Origin: an uncultured delta proteobacterium
GTDB taxonomy: Bacteria; Myxococcota_A; Polyangia; Polyangiales; Polyangiaceae
Reading direction: 5' to 3'
NCBI GenBank assembly: GCA_963782055.1
Contig: CAWAIF010000003.1
Location: 5,600,001-5,664,000, forward strand
DNA length: 64,000 nucleotides
Shown here in pieces: positions 54,819 to 64,000 of this stretch. How positions within the stretch are numbered: position 1 is the stretch's first letter; each line of letters opens with the position of its first letter. A model generated the notes under the pieces. It saw nothing but the letters and a program-made list of their open reading frames with translations. It was not told the DNA's origin and ran no database searches. Both the position numbers and the translations under genes were made by a program.

Positions 54819-55696
54819 GATTGCGGCTTCCGGTGCGACGACGACAGCACGGGCCGGCGGCCGGAGGCGGGGACGAGCTGCGCGAGATCGACGCGCACGG
54901 CGAGCAGACCGAAGAGCACGCGCGCGCCGCCGCGGCCGTCCAGCTCCTGCACCACACCCGACTGGCCGGCGAACGGGCCCTCGGTCGCGCGGACCGCGGC
55001 GCCCTTCTCGATGGCGCCCGCCCCACGCGCGCGCGAGCGCGACGCCAGGATGGGGCGGCGACGCAGCGGCGGCCGCCGCGCGTGGCCGGCCTCGCGCACG
55101 GCCTGCCACAAGGCACCGAGGGAGACGGCCACGTCGGCCAGCGCGCTGCTCGCCGACTTGCCGCCGAGCTGCGCCTCGCCGCGCGCCATCCGCCAGCCGA
55201 CGACGAAGGAGCGCCCGCCCTCCAGCCCCTCCCGCGCCAGACGCTCCACGTCGGCCACGACCAGGTCGTGCGCGGGCCGCGCCTCGGCGCCCTCCGGCCC
55301 GGCGCGCACCGGCTCCGGCAGCGCGTCCCACGCGCGCGACACGTGCTCCGCCGCGCCGCCGAACGCCTCCGCCCACCGGCGCGCGCGGTCCCCGTCGACG
55401 ACCAGCACGACCTCCACGCCCGTGGCCTCGATGCGCAGCCGGATGCGCTCGCCGGGCGGTCCGCCCACGTCGGCGAGCACCACCGCCTGGGCGGCGTCCT
55501 CCTGGTCGGCGGCCGCCGTCAGCTCCAGCCCCATCGCGGCGACGCGCTCGATCACCCTGTCCGCCCAGGCCTGCATGCGACGAGCTACCTCGACGCGCGC
55601 GGCGCCGTGGGCTGACGAGCGCCCGGTCTGGGCGTCGAAGTCGGCGCGCGACAGCGAGAGGACCGCGGGCGCGCGCGCCTGAGAACGCGTGCTCAT
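54815..55696 (-). CDS. Protein with C-terminal NusG-like KOW domain and unknown N-terminal domain
   Basis: [32 protein letters not shown]. Confidence 0.75.
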   Translation of the reverse strand: MSTRSQARAPAVLSLSRADFDAQTGRSSAHGAARVEVARRMQAWADRVIERVAAMGLELTAAADQEDAAQAVVLADVGGPPGERIRLRIEATGVEVVLVVDGDRARRWAEAFGGAAEHVSRAWDALPEPVRAGPEGAEARPAHDLVVADVERLAREGLEGGRSFVVGWRMARGEAQLGGKSASSALADVAVSLGALWQAVREAGHARRPPLRRRPILASRSRARGAGAIEKGAAVRATEGPFAGQSGVVQELDGRGGARVLFGLLAVRVDLAQLVPASGRRPVLSSSHRKPQS

Positions 55697-55842
55697 GGGG
55701 GCAGGTTCCGGGTCCGCCGCGCCCGCGTGGAGCGTCGGGTCGGACCCACGGTCGAGGAGGTTCGGCGCATCCACGTTGCGGGTTCGAGGGGGCGAAGTCA
55801 ACCGGAGCAGCGGCACCGCCGCGTTACCATGAAACATCGACA

Positions 55843-55879
55843 TTTCAAATACTTGACTCACATATTGACGCAGTGCGTC
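55843..55879. promoter_or_regulatory. AT-rich regulatory patch: IHF-like site, tandem TTGAC and a palindrome
   Basis: tttcaaatacttg (one mismatch to WATCAANNNNTTR); ttgac at 55853 and 55865; gacgcagtgcgtc. Confidence 0.4.
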
Positions 55880-55908
55880 TCGATGCGCATGTTCTTCGTC
55901 GAGGTTTG

Positions 55909-56022
55909 ATGATGCACACGCCTGCTGGAGATGCCGCGCGCGAGCTTCTCGTCGCCACCTTCTTCGGGCTGGCGCTCGCCGCGCTGGCCGTTTCGTACGC
56001 CGCCTGGACGCTGCCGCACTGA
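55909..56022 (+). CDS. Putative 37-aa single-TM small protein
   Basis: GAGG RBS; MMHTPAGDAARELLVATFFGLALAALAVSYAAWTLPH. Confidence 0.5.
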   Translation: MMHTPAGDAARELLVATFFGLALAALAVSYAAWTLPH

Positions 56023-56093
56023 CGCCGGAGCGCACAACCGGGGGCGCCGGCGTGTTTGCGCCTTTTCCCGGTGCGGGCCTTGCTCTACAAGAG

Positions 56094-57224
56094 ATGTCTC
56101 CCGTGCCACGGACGAAGAAGACAGCCGGCAAGACCGAGCGAGCCACCACGTCGCGCAAGCCCAGAGCGGGTTCGCGCCGAGAAGCGGAGGAGCGCCCGGA
56201 GGGCTCGGAGGAGGCCGAGGGCGAGGGCCAGGAAGACCTCGCCGAGCCCGCCGAGAGCGAGCCGGAGATCGAGGACGAGGAGGAGGAAGAGGCCGCCGAG
56301 AGCACCGAGGACGGTGACGGCGAGACGGCCCCCGCGGTGCCGGTCACGCCCTCGAAGGACACGTCCCTCGCCCGCTTCGACCCGATGGCGGCGTACCTGC
56401 GCGAGGTCCAGCGCCACCGGCTGCTCACCCCGGAGGAGACGCACGACCTCGCCGTCAACTTCGTCAACAGCCAGGACCCACGCATCGCCGCGCAGCTCGT
56501 CACCGCGAACCTGCGCCTGGTGGTGAAGATCGCCTACGAGTACCGGCGCGCCTACAAGAACATCATGGACCTGGTGCAGGAGGGCAACATCGGCCTCATG
56601 CAGGCGGTCAAGCGGTACGACCCGTACCGTGGAGTGAAGCTCTCCTCCTATGCGGCGTGGTGGATCCGCGCGTACATCCTGCGGTTCATCCTCAACAACT
56701 GGCGCCTGGTGAAGCTGGGCACCACGCAGGCGCAGCGCAAGCTCTTCTTCAACCTGCGCAAGAAGCGGGCGGAGCTGCAGGCGATGGGCATCGAGCCCAC
56801 CAACGAGGAGATCGCCAAGCGCCTCAACGTGCCCGAGCACGACGTGGCGGAGATGGACCTACGCCTCACCTCCAGCGAGAAATCGCTGGACGCGCCGGTG
56901 GGCGACTCGGAGGGCCGATCCATCGCCAAGGTGGACATGATCCCCAGCGTCGGCGAGGGCCCCGAGGCGCTCATGGCGGACGAGGAGCTGCAGGCCCTGC
57001 TCAAGGACAAGCTCGCAGAGTTCCGCAAGACGCTGGTGGGCAAGGACAAGGAGCTGGCCATCTTCGACTCGCGCCTCGTCTCCGACGATCCGCTCACCCT
57101 GCAGGAGCTGGGGGACAAGTTCGGCATCTCGCGAGAGCGCGTCCGGCAGCTCGAACAGCGGCTCACCCACCGGCTGCGCGACTTCCTCCGCGCCGAGATG
57201 GGCGACGCCGCCGAGCTCGCATAG
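56094..57224 (+). CDS. rpoH: RpoH/sigma32-family sigma factor with acidic N-terminal extension
   Basis: NLRLVVKIA, DLVQEGNIGLM, YAAWWIRA, RpoH box QRKLFFNLR, ISRERVRQLE. Confidence 0.93.
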   Translation: MSPVPRTKKTAGKTERATTSRKPRAGSRREAEERPEGSEEAEGEGQEDLAEPAESEPEIEDEEEEEAAESTEDGDGETAPAVPVTPSKDTSLARFDPMAAYLREVQRHRLLTPEETHDLAVNFVNSQDPRIAAQLVTANLRLVVKIAYEYRRAYKNIMDLVQEGNIGLMQAVKRYDPYRGVKLSSYAAWWIRAYILRFILNNWRLVKLGTTQAQRKLFFNLRKKRAELQAMGIEPTNEEIAKRLNVPEHDVAEMDLRLTSSEKSLDAPVGDSEGRSIAKVDMIPSVGEGPEALMADEELQALLKDKLAEFRKTLVGKDKELAIFDSRLVSDDPLTLQELGDKFGISRERVRQLEQRLTHRLRDFLRAEMGDAAELA

Positions 57225-57275
57225 CGCCGCCGCGCGGCGCGCGGTATGGTGAGGCGCGAAAGGGGGCCTTTCGAT

Positions 57276-58367
57276 ATGACCCTGTTGCGTGCTTGTGCTT
57301 GCGGATGGTTGCTTTGCGTGGTGGCGGTGGGCTGCGGGGGTGAGGTCACCGGGGCGAGTGACGGCGGCGCCGACGCCGGAAAGGACGGCGCGCTCCCGTC
57401 GAAGGACGGCGGCGGGTCCGAAGGCGGGCCGACCGAGGCGGGCCCCCCCACGAGCGACACCTACACCTTCGCCATCGACAAGGTGTACCTCGGCGAGGCG
57501 CCGCGCGGCGGCGGTCCCCCCAGCTCCACGGCGTGGAAGGACTTCGGCGTCAACCTGGACAGCAAGACGACGGACAGCAGCTCGACCGACGTCTGCACGC
57601 TCACCGCCGGCGCGTCGAAGAACAACCAGGTCGACGGCAACCAGGGCATCGACAACGCGTGGGGCGCCATGCTGTTGCCCATCATGCAGAGCGCCGCCAG
57701 CCAGAACACCCCGTCCGCCATCGAGACCGACTTCATCGATCAGGGCGGCTGGACGCTGCTGCTGCAGGTGAAGGGCCTCTCCGACGACCCCGCGCAGACG
57801 GCAAACGGGTTGACCGCGCAGGTCTTCGTGGGCGCCCGCTACAACAATGGCGTACCCGCCTTCGACACCTCCACCGACTGGCCGGTGCTCGCCACCTCCC
57901 TCGCCGATGGGAACACCCTGGAGGGCGGCTCCAAGATCGCGTTCGCGTCGGCGAGCATGTCCGGCGGGACGTTCCGCAGTGGCCCCGGATCCAGCCCGGT
58001 CGTCGTCGACGTCTCCGTCGGCACCTCCCCGCTGGAGTTCCAGATCCACGACGCCGTCATCACCTTCGATCACGCCGACCACGCCGACGCCGTCAACGGC
58101 ACCATCGCGGGCGTGCTGGACACCGAGGAGTTTCTCACCGAGCTCAAGCAGGTCGCGGGCCAGATCACGACCGCCCTGTGCGGCTCGGCGTTCGACGGCG
58201 TCGCGCAGCAGATCCGGCAGGCGCAGGACATCCTGCTCGACGGGACCAACACGCAGGGCGTGCCGTGCACCGCCATCTCGGTGGGGCTGGGCTTCGAGGC
58301 GAAGCTCGTCGCCAATCCCACCGAGGTGTCGCCGGCGCCCCCGCCACCGCCCGACCCGTGCCAGTAG
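57276..58367 (+). CDS. Hypothetical lipoprotein (myxobacterial type)
   Basis: AVGC lipobox; FAIDKVYLG, GVNLD, DGNQGIDN, CTAISVGLGFEA. Confidence 0.85.
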   Translation: MTLLRACACGWLLCVVAVGCGGEVTGASDGGADAGKDGALPSKDGGGSEGGPTEAGPPTSDTYTFAIDKVYLGEAPRGGGPPSSTAWKDFGVNLDSKTTDSSSTDVCTLTAGASKNNQVDGNQGIDNAWGAMLLPIMQSAASQNTPSAIETDFIDQGGWTLLLQVKGLSDDPAQTANGLTAQVFVGARYNNGVPAFDTSTDWPVLATSLADGNTLEGGSKIAFASASMSGGTFRSGPGSSPVVVDVSVGTSPLEFQIHDAVITFDHADHADAVNGTIAGVLDTEEFLTELKQVAGQITTALCGSAFDGVAQQIRQAQDILLDGTNTQGVPCTAISVGLGFEAKLVANPTEVSPAPPPPPDPCQ

Positions 58368-58417
58368 CCGCCGCCGACTTCCGTCCGGGCGGCGCGCGCT
58401 CGTAGTACAAGGGCTCG

Positions 58418-59260
58418 ATGTCCGACGTCGAACGCGGCGCGCTGCACGTGGTGGCGACCCCCATCGGCAACCTCGCCGACGTGACCCTGCGCGCGCTGGC
58501 CGTGCTCCACGCGGCGGACGTGATCGCCGCGGAGGACACGCGCCACACACGCAAGCTGCTGTCGCACCACGGCGTCGCCGGCAAGGAGCTGGTGGCGCTG
58601 CACGCGCACTCCACCGGGCGGGACGTGGCGCGGCTGGTGGAGCGGCTGCGCGCCGGAGAGACGGTGGCGCTGGTGACCGACGCGGGGACCCCGGGCGTGA
58701 GCGATCCGGGCGACGCCCTGGTGCGCGGGGCGATCGAGGCGGGCGTGCGCGTGGTCCCGGTGCCGGGCGCGAGCGCGGTGCTCGCCGCGCTGGTGGCGAG
58801 CGGCCTGGGCACCGGCGGCGCCTTCCGCTTTCTGGGGTTCCTCCCGCGCTCCGGGACGGAGCGGGAGGAGGCGCTCGGCCGCGCCGCCTCGACGCCGGAG
58901 CCGGTGGTGCTCTTCGAGGCCCCCGGACGCGTGCACGATACGCTCGCCGACCTGGCGCGCGCGACGCCCTCGCGACCGGCGTGCGTGGCGCGCGAGCTCA
59001 CCAAGGTGCACGAGGAGCTCACGCGCGGGACGCTCGACGAGCTGGCGGCGGACGCGCGGGAGTGGCGGGGCGAGGTGGTCGTCGTGCTCGGCCCGCACCA
59101 CGCGGCGGAGGCGGCGGTGGACGACGCCTCGCTGGACGTGCGCATCGCCGAGGAGCTGGAGCGCGGCGAGCCCACGCGGCGCATCGCCGAGCGCCTCGCC
59201 GCGTGGAGCGGCCGGCCGAAGCGCGAGGTCTACGAGCGCGTGGTGCGGATGAAGAAGTAG
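58418..59260 (+). CDS. rsmI: 16S rRNA (cytidine1402-2'-O)-methyltransferase
   Basis: VVATPIGNL.D, AEDTRHT, DAGTPGVSDPG, PVPGASA, RELTKVHEE. Confidence 0.96.
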   Translation: MSDVERGALHVVATPIGNLADVTLRALAVLHAADVIAAEDTRHTRKLLSHHGVAGKELVALHAHSTGRDVARLVERLRAGETVALVTDAGTPGVSDPGDALVRGAIEAGVRVVPVPGASAVLAALVASGLGTGGAFRFLGFLPRSGTEREEALGRAASTPEPVVLFEAPGRVHDTLADLARATPSRPACVARELTKVHEELTRGTLDELAADAREWRGEVVVVLGPHHAAEAAVDDASLDVRIAEELERGEPTRRIAERLAAWSGRPKREVYERVVRMKK

Positions 59261-59352
59261 CCGCGAGGGTATCACCCAACTCTTCGACTGCGCATTTCGC
59301 CAAGTCGTCAATGGGTGTAGTCTCCTGACGTCTACGCGCACCGCGGACTCCG

Positions 59353-59949
59353 ATGGACGACGATCGCCTCCTCCCCCCTGCCCCGCCGCCTTCCTCCGGC
59401 TCGCTGCGGCTCCCCTCCACCGAGTCGGACTTCTGGGCAGGCCTCTTCTTGGACCTGACGGTGCGCATCGAGTGGCTCGGGCAGGCGCTGGACGCCGTGC
59501 CGAGGGAGGACACCTCGGCGGCCTCGCTCGCGAGACTTCGCGACTACGCCGACGCCCTGGGCGATCTCCGCGTCGCGCTCGAGCGCGTGCAAGGCCACCG
59601 CGCCGACCCGCGCCTCAAGCCGCTCTTCTCGCTGGAGGGGACGCTCGCCGGGTATCTCAGTCGCCTCTACGGGTGGTGCGAGGAGATCGGGGACGACTTC
59701 GAGCGCATGGCCGTCGCCCTGCGCCGCCGCCAGCCGACGTCTGTCGTCTTCTCGCACAAGGCCGTCAACGCTTCGTACGCGCACTTCGACGCCCTCGTCA
59801 CCGGCATGCGCCACGCCACCGAGGTCTCGCGCGAGCTGCACGGCGGGAAGGACGCCCGCGCGTGGGCCGCCTTCGACGAGCGTCTGGAGGAGCTGATCTG
59901 GGCGACCGAGTGGGTGCACATGACGCTCGCCCGTCCGCCGGGGGCCTGA
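59353..59949 (+). CDS. Hypothetical alpha-helical protein
   Basis: 198-aa frame with GC3 bias. Confidence 0.7.
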   Translation: MDDDRLLPPAPPPSSGSLRLPSTESDFWAGLFLDLTVRIEWLGQALDAVPREDTSAASLARLRDYADALGDLRVALERVQGHRADPRLKPLFSLEGTLAGYLSRLYGWCEEIGDDFERMAVALRRRQPTSVVFSHKAVNASYAHFDALVTGMRHATEVSRELHGGKDARAWAAFDERLEELIWATEWVHMTLARPPGA

Positions 59950-59983
59950 GGCGCGCGGGGCGCTCCGCTGCTATCCTGCCGGC

Positions 59984-60538
59984 GTGCGCGTCGCCCTCGC
60001 CGTCCCCATCCTCGTGCTCGCGGCCGCCTGCTCCGCGCCGCCCGACACGTCCGGCGACCCGGGCGCGACGGACGCCGGCGACGACCGGGGCGGCGACGAC
60101 GCCGGCGCCGCGCCGGACAGCGCGGGCAGCGACGCCGACGCCGCCCCCGACGCCGCCGACGCGGGCTGCTTCCTGAGCAGCGCGGGCGTGTGGGGCGAGT
60201 GCATGTCCACCGCCGACTGCGCCGCGCTGGGCGATCACACCTCGACGCCCGGCTACTGCCCCGGCCCCGCCGACATCCAGTGCTGCACGAAGGCGCCCGA
60301 CGTCGCCGACAACCCGCCGGTCCCCGCCGGCTGGAAGCTCATGGCGCAGGCGGACGTCACCTCCGAGATGACGACCTGGGCCGTCTCCATCCTGCACGAT
60401 CCGACGACCTACCCGATGTTCTCGACGACGACGAAGACCTTCGGCGGTCTGCTGGTGATGGCGCGCGTGGAGTGGCACCCGCCCGACTTTCAGAACGGCG
60501 TGGTGCATCGCGGCGTGACGCTCTACACGCAGGGCTGA
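59984..60538 (+). CDS. Small lipoprotein with Cys-knot-like module
   Basis: AAAC lipobox, DAG linker, GECMSTADC...GYCPGPADIQCC. Confidence 0.75.
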   Translation: MRVALAVPILVLAAACSAPPDTSGDPGATDAGDDRGGDDAGAAPDSAGSDADAAPDAADAGCFLSSAGVWGECMSTADCAALGDHTSTPGYCPGPADIQCCTKAPDVADNPPVPAGWKLMAQADVTSEMTTWAVSILHDPTTYPMFSTTTKTFGGLLVMARVEWHPPDFQNGVVHRGVTLYTQG

Positions 60539-60590
60539 CCGCGAACGGCGCCGCGGACGCGCGGCGGTGAGCTCCCTCCAGCTCGGGGGG

Positions 60591-61322
60591 TCACGTCGCG
60601 TGGCCGAGGGCCGCGTCGATCGACGCCGGGTTGAACCCGACCATCACCTTGCCGCGCACGTCGATCACCGGGATGGACCCGCCGCGCAGCCCGTTGGCGC
60701 GCAGCTTCGCCTGCATCTCGCGGTTGGCGGTGCCGTCCTTCTCGATGTCCTTCTCCACGAAGGGGATGCCCTTGGAGGAGAGGTAGCGCGCGGCCTCGTG
60801 GCAGGCGCCGCACCACGAGGCGCCGTAGATGATGACCGCGGGGCGGTTCTGCGCCGTGTCGTGGGGGAGTCCGCCGGTCGCGCTGCCGGGCTGCGACCTG
60901 GGCGGACCGGCGTCGGCGGGCGGGGGCGCGGCGCTGGCGAGGGTGGGCCCGTGCTTCTCCCGCCGGGCGACGGCCAGCTTCTCGAAGTCGTCGCGCGTCA
61001 TCGTGGTGACCGGGTACGTCCCGTCGGGCTTCACCTGCCGCAGGTCCGCCACGTAGACCTTGTCGGCGTGGGTGCCGTCGTCCTTGTTGGGATCCACCAC
61101 GCGGACCGCATCGCGACCCATCATGGGGACGTCGCCCACCTTCTGCTCGACGTGGAAGTCGCCCTTGTCGTCGATCCAGGTCAGGAGCAGGCCCTGGGTG
61201 GAGTCTCGCACCACCATCGACGCGCCGGGATCGGGGCTGGCCGCCTCGGTCTTCTTCTTGTGGCACCCGGCGACGAGCAGCGCGACGGCGAGCGCGAGGG
61301 CGAGGCGCATCCACCACCGCAT
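60591..61322 (-). CDS. Lipoprotein with C-terminal glutaredoxin (NrdH-like) domain
   Basis: VAGC lipobox; YGASWCGAC, EKDIEKD, IPVIDV.G..MVGF. Confidence 0.88.
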   Translation of the reverse strand: MRWWMRLALALAVALLVAGCHKKKTEAASPDPGASMVVRDSTQGLLLTWIDDKGDFHVEQKVGDVPMMGRDAVRVVDPNKDDGTHADKVYVADLRQVKPDGTYPVTTMTRDDFEKLAVARREKHGPTLASAAPPPADAGPPRSQPGSATGGLPHDTAQNRPAVIIYGASWCGACHEAARYLSSKGIPFVEKDIEKDGTANREMQAKLRANGLRGGSIPVIDVRGKVMVGFNPASIDAALGHAT

Positions 61323-63262
61323 CAGTCCGCCTCCGACAGCTTCGTCCACTCCGCCATCATGGTGTCGACCTTCCGGGACAGAGCCTGCTCCGCCTGAGCC
61401 ATCTCGGCAAGTTTCGCCCAGTCACCCCCGGGATCTTGCTTGAGGCGGTCGCGCATGACGCCGAGCTCCGCCTCCGCCAGGGCGATGGCGTTCTCCAGCT
61501 CGGAGATGCGCTTGACCCGTCGCTCCTTCTCCCGGGCGGCCTGACGCTGCGCCTCATACTCCTTCTTACGGGCGGCGGGGTCCTTCGCTCCCTCCGGCGG
61601 CGCGGTGTGGGCCGGGGGCGGCGCCGACTTCTTGCGGGGCGGCGGCGCCGCCTCCTCCGGCGCCATGCGTGTAGACTGCACGAAATCGCGGTACCCGCCC
61701 ACGAAGACCTCCGCCTTGCCGTCGCGCACGCTGACGACGCGCGTCGCCACGTTCTCCAGGAAGCGGCGGTCGTGGGAGACGAAGATGACCGTCCCCTCGA
61801 AGCCGACGAGCGCCTCCTCCAGGATCTCGGCGGCGGGGATGTCCAGGTGGTTGGTGGGCTCGTCCAGGAAGAGCAGGTTGCGCGGCTCGAGCAGCAGCTT
61901 CGCCAGGGCGAGGCGCGAGCGCTCCCCGCCCGAGAAGCCGGACACGACGCGCAGCGGGTCGTCACCCCAGAAGCGGAAGCGGGAGAGGTACTCGCGCGCC
62001 TTCTCCACGGTGTAGTCGCCGCGGATGGTGCGGATCTCCTCCACCGCGCTGAGCCTCGGGTTCACCTCCCCCAGGTGCTGATCGAAGTAGCCCTCCTGCA
62101 GGTTGGTGCCGCGCTTGACGGTGCCGGTGTCCTCCGGCGCCCCGCGCCCGGCGAGGAGGTTGATCAACGTGGTCTTGCCCGCGCCGTTCGGGCCGACGAC
62201 GCCGAGACGCTCGCCGCGCCGCACGAGCAGCTCCAGCCCATCGAAGAGCACGCGGCCGCCGCGCTCGGCGCGCAGGTCCTTGCAGTCGAGGACGATGTCC
62301 CCGGAGCGCGCGGCGGGCGCGAAGCGGAAGCGCACCCGCTCGGCCACCTGCCACACGTCCTCCGGCCGCTCCACGCGCTCCAGCTTCTCCAGCATCTTGC
62401 GCCGGCTCTGCGCCTGCTTCGTCTTCTGGCCGGCGATGTTCTTGCGGATGAAGTCCTCGGTCTTGCCGATGAACGCCTGCTGCCGCTCCATCAGCGCGCG
62501 CTCGCGGGCGAGGTCCGCCTCCCGCGCGACGGCGTAGTCGGAGTACCTGAGCGGGTAGACGCGCAGCCCGCGGGACCCGAGCTCCAGCGTCTCCGGGCAC
62601 ACGTTGTCCAGGAAGGCGCGGTCGTGGGAGACGACGAGCACCGCGCCCCGGTAGCCGACGAGCCAGCTCTCCAGCCAGGAGATGGTGTCCAGGTCGAGGT
62701 GGTTGGTGGGCTCGTCCAGCAGCAACAGGTCCGGCTGCTGGGCCAGCACCAGGCCGAGGTTGAGCCGCCCGCGCTCCCCGCCGGAGAGAGAGGCCACGGG
62801 GCGCTCCAGGTCCGTCTGCGCGAAGCCGAGCTTCTGCGCCAGGATGGAGACCTCCCGCTCCAGCTCGTCCCCGCGCTCCACGTGATAGCGATCGGTGAGG
62901 TGAGCGAGGTGCTCCAGCGCCTTCGCCTCGCCGGAGGCGGCGTCGTGCTGGGCCTTGTGCAGCTCCTCGCGCAGCGCGAGCACGTCGCGGAAGCCGGAGA
63001 GGAAGGCGCCGAGCACGTCCCCCTTCGCCTCCACCTCGTGCGACTGCCGGTAGTAGCCGACGCTCGTCCCCTTCTTGATCACGCACGAGCCGCCATCGGG
63101 CTCCATCTCGTGCATGATGAGCCTCAGCAGCGTGGACTTGCCCGCGCCGTTGGGCGCGACCAGGGCCGCGCGCTCCCCGAGCGCGAGGCTGAAGGTCACC
63201 TTCTCGAAGAGCGTGCCGCCGGCGAACCCGAAGCGCAGGTCGGCGACCTGGAGGACGGTCAT
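61322..63262 (-). CDS. ABC-F family ATPase
   Basis: Two NBDs (PNGAGKST/GPNGAGKT, LSGGE/FSGGE, DEPTNHLD twice), QAQSRRKML linker, C-terminal coiled coil, no TM segments. Confidence 0.95.
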   Translation of the reverse strand: MTVLQVADLRFGFAGGTLFEKVTFSLALGERAALVAPNGAGKSTLLRLIMHEMEPDGGSCVIKKGTSVGYYRQSHEVEAKGDVLGAFLSGFRDVLALREELHKAQHDAASGEAKALEHLAHLTDRYHVERGDELEREVSILAQKLGFAQTDLERPVASLSGGERGRLNLGLVLAQQPDLLLLDEPTNHLDLDTISWLESWLVGYRGAVLVVSHDRAFLDNVCPETLELGSRGLRVYPLRYSDYAVAREADLARERALMERQQAFIGKTEDFIRKNIAGQKTKQAQSRRKMLEKLERVERPEDVWQVAERVRFRFAPAARSGDIVLDCKDLRAERGGRVLFDGLELLVRRGERLGVVGPNGAGKTTLINLLAGRGAPEDTGTVKRGTNLQEGYFDQHLGEVNPRLSAVEEIRTIRGDYTVEKAREYLSRFRFWGDDPLRVVSGFSGGERSRLALAKLLLEPRNLLFLDEPTNHLDIPAAEILEEALVGFEGTVIFVSHDRRFLENVATRVVSVRDGKAEVFVGGYRDFVQSTRMAPEEAAPPPRKKSAPPPAHTAPPEGAKDPAARKKEYEAQRQAAREKERRVKRISELENAIALAEAELGVMRDRLKQDPGGDWAKLAEMAQAEQALSRKVDTMMAEWTKLSEAD

Positions 63263-63348
63263 GGGATCGGGGCATGGTTAGCACATCGGGGCGCCCCCGA
63301 GACGCCGCCGTCCCGGGCCGCGCGGGATCGAGGAGCACGAACGCCGAT

Positions 63349-63738
63349 CTAGCGACGCAGCTCGGCGAAGCGAGCATACGCCGCGTCGACGGACTCGACG
63401 AACGACAGCGGGGTCCCGGTCGCGAGGGCGAGCGCCGAGCCGATCATCCGGACCGCGGCGGACGGCGCCACCGCCAGCGCCCGCTCCAGCCCCGCCTCGC
63501 GGAGCGTGCGCAGCAGGTCGGAGCCGGGTCCCCGGACGTCCGGCGAGTACGACTCCACGTCCCTCGTGTCGAAGAGGGCGAAGCGCGGGCGGCGGGCGGC
63601 GACGACCGACCGCACCTCCGCGACGGTCGGCTCGAGCAGCGCCCCCGTGACGCGCCCGGAGAACCGCATCACAATCGTCTCCGCATCCCGCCAGTTGGTG
63701 GATATTGCGGACTCGGCGATGGGCCGCGAGGACGACAC
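63349..63738 (-). CDS. Small hypothetical protein, STAS/SpoIIAA-like
   Basis: MRFSGRVT, FALFDTRDV, ALAVAPSAAVR, FVESVDAA pattern; start uncertain (63738 GTG or 63669 ATG). Confidence 0.6.
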   Translation of the reverse strand: MSSSRPIAESAISTNWRDAETIVMRFSGRVTGALLEPTVAEVRSVVAARRPRFALFDTRDVESYSPDVRGPGSDLLRTLREAGLERALAVAPSAAVRMIGSALALATGTPLSFVESVDAAYARFAELRR

Positions 63739-63778
63739 GGACTGAACGGTACCATGCAGGGGGCCAGACGGGAGCGCC

Positions 63779-63896
63779 CGGCGTGGAAGTGGACCCGCAG
63801 GCGCCCCGGCGGGAGCCCGCGCCGTGATCTGGTTCTCCGACCTCCGCGGCTTCACCGAGATGTCCTCGCGCCTGCCGCCGGCGGAGATCGTCGCCA
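63779..63896 (+). pseudogene. Class III adenylate/guanylate cyclase gene fragment
   Basis: RRGSG...RAVIWFSDLRGFTEMSSRLPPAEIVA, then similarity is lost; no nearby in-frame start. Confidence 0.7.
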
Positions 63897-64000
63897 CGCG
63901 CGGGCCTCGCAGGACCTGCGACGCCGGAGCGGATACCCTGGCACCATGCCGGGTCCATACGCGCGGACGATGTTACGTGTATCATGCATGCTTCTGGCGG

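Noticed and set aside
1534..61322. High density of lipoproteins with DAG/Pro-Ala linkers and many lipid-related genes as one functional island
   Set aside because: Ordinary for myxobacterial genomes; the genes are dispersed, differently oriented and share no visible regulatory motif

Overview
Very GC-rich bacterial DNA whose gene content points to a myxobacterium, probably Polyangiaceae/Sorangiineae. The indicators are a TIGR02266-type PilZ protein, an FHA-sigma54 activator coupled to a Ser/Thr kinase, AgmX/PglI-C domains, an ECF/TPR anti-sigma/OM-protein triad and about 19 predicted lipoproteins. Housekeeping-type genes: nadA, mlaE, atoE-like, alr, marC, a heterodimeric ABC exporter, rpoH-family sigma, rsmI and an ABC-F. 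No rRNA, tRNA, CRISPR array, transposase or integrase was recognised. Most notable: (1) a Pla-1/cef-type lipase lipoprotein coupled to fadL whose expected catalytic Ser and His appear replaced (GQNLG, RDGFLL), a candidate pseudoenzyme lipid-capture system; (2) an operon of three paralogous uncharacterised lipoproteins plus a lipidated beta-barrel; (3) a 30-37.7 kb hotspot with five copies of a ~165 bp MITE/REP-like element, enclosing a four-gene operon with a glycine-zipper/PxPDD-repeat protein and an AT-richer membrane gene, resembling a toxin-immunity pair; (4) several head-to-tail collapsed gene remnants; (5) a readable ECF promoter motif (GTGACCCG-N14-GTCGAC) duplicated divergently; (6) a sensor with two different histidine kinase cores. 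All calls come from visual motif recognition without database searches, and start codons are best guesses.
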